Shown one piece after another: positions 63,939 through 64,000 of a stretch of 64,000 nt of DNA. Position numbers and translations under genes: made by a program. A model generated the notes under the pieces. The model saw nothing but the letters and a program-made list of their open reading frames with translations, made no database searches and was not told the DNA's origin. Positions within the stretch are counted from its first letter, which is position 1; every line of letters starts with the position of its first letter. The stretch lies in contig NC_090596.1 of the NCBI RefSeq assembly GCF_000497125.1, forward strand, positions 1,240,001-1,304,000, written 5' to 3'. The DNA is from Spironucleus salmonicida. Its lineage: Eukaryota.

Positions 63939-64000
63939 TATTATTATATTATACATATTTATCACATTAAATCACAAGTTTTTTAGCTACTTTAATTGTT

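Noticed and set aside
1-64000. tRNA, rRNA, spliceosomal introns, telomeric repeats
   Set aside because: None recognised by eye, and no GTATGT..ACTAAC..AG intron was needed to build the genes. Small ncRNAs cannot be excluded.

Overview
Gene-dense eukaryotic DNA with no introns detected, using the hexamitid diplomonad genetic code: TAA/TAG = Gln and TGA is the only stop. The supplied standard-code ORF track is therefore fragmented and misses most genes. Gene content (cysteine-rich membrane proteins, flavodiiron protein, Pam18, AGTGA overlapping stop codons) points to Spironucleus, probably S. salmonicida; the species call is inference. Retranslating by hand gives about 40 CDSs. Recognisable products include two CRMP surface proteins, two LRR proteins, Pam18, an R2R3 Myb, a RING protein, an inositol 5-phosphatase, a MATE transporter, a ~2080-aa PF6/SPAG17-like protein, TECR, FDP, eIF3g, an OYE-family flavoenzyme, TBCD, a CorA/Mrs2 channel, PP2C, a histidine acid phosphatase, IMP4 and NIP7. 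Most notable: (1) a single 1122-aa ORF fusing an Hsp70-type ATPase domain to an RBR ubiquitin-ligase module; (2) a Maelstrom-like DEDDh nuclease in a GC-rich island; (3) an identical 1.48-kb duplication with a diverged junction; (4) a candidate -1 frameshift or homopolymer error; (5) a kexin-like pseudoprotease; (6) a Q/N/Y/G prion-like protein hidden behind TAA codons. All calls come from manual translation and motif recognition; no database searches were run.
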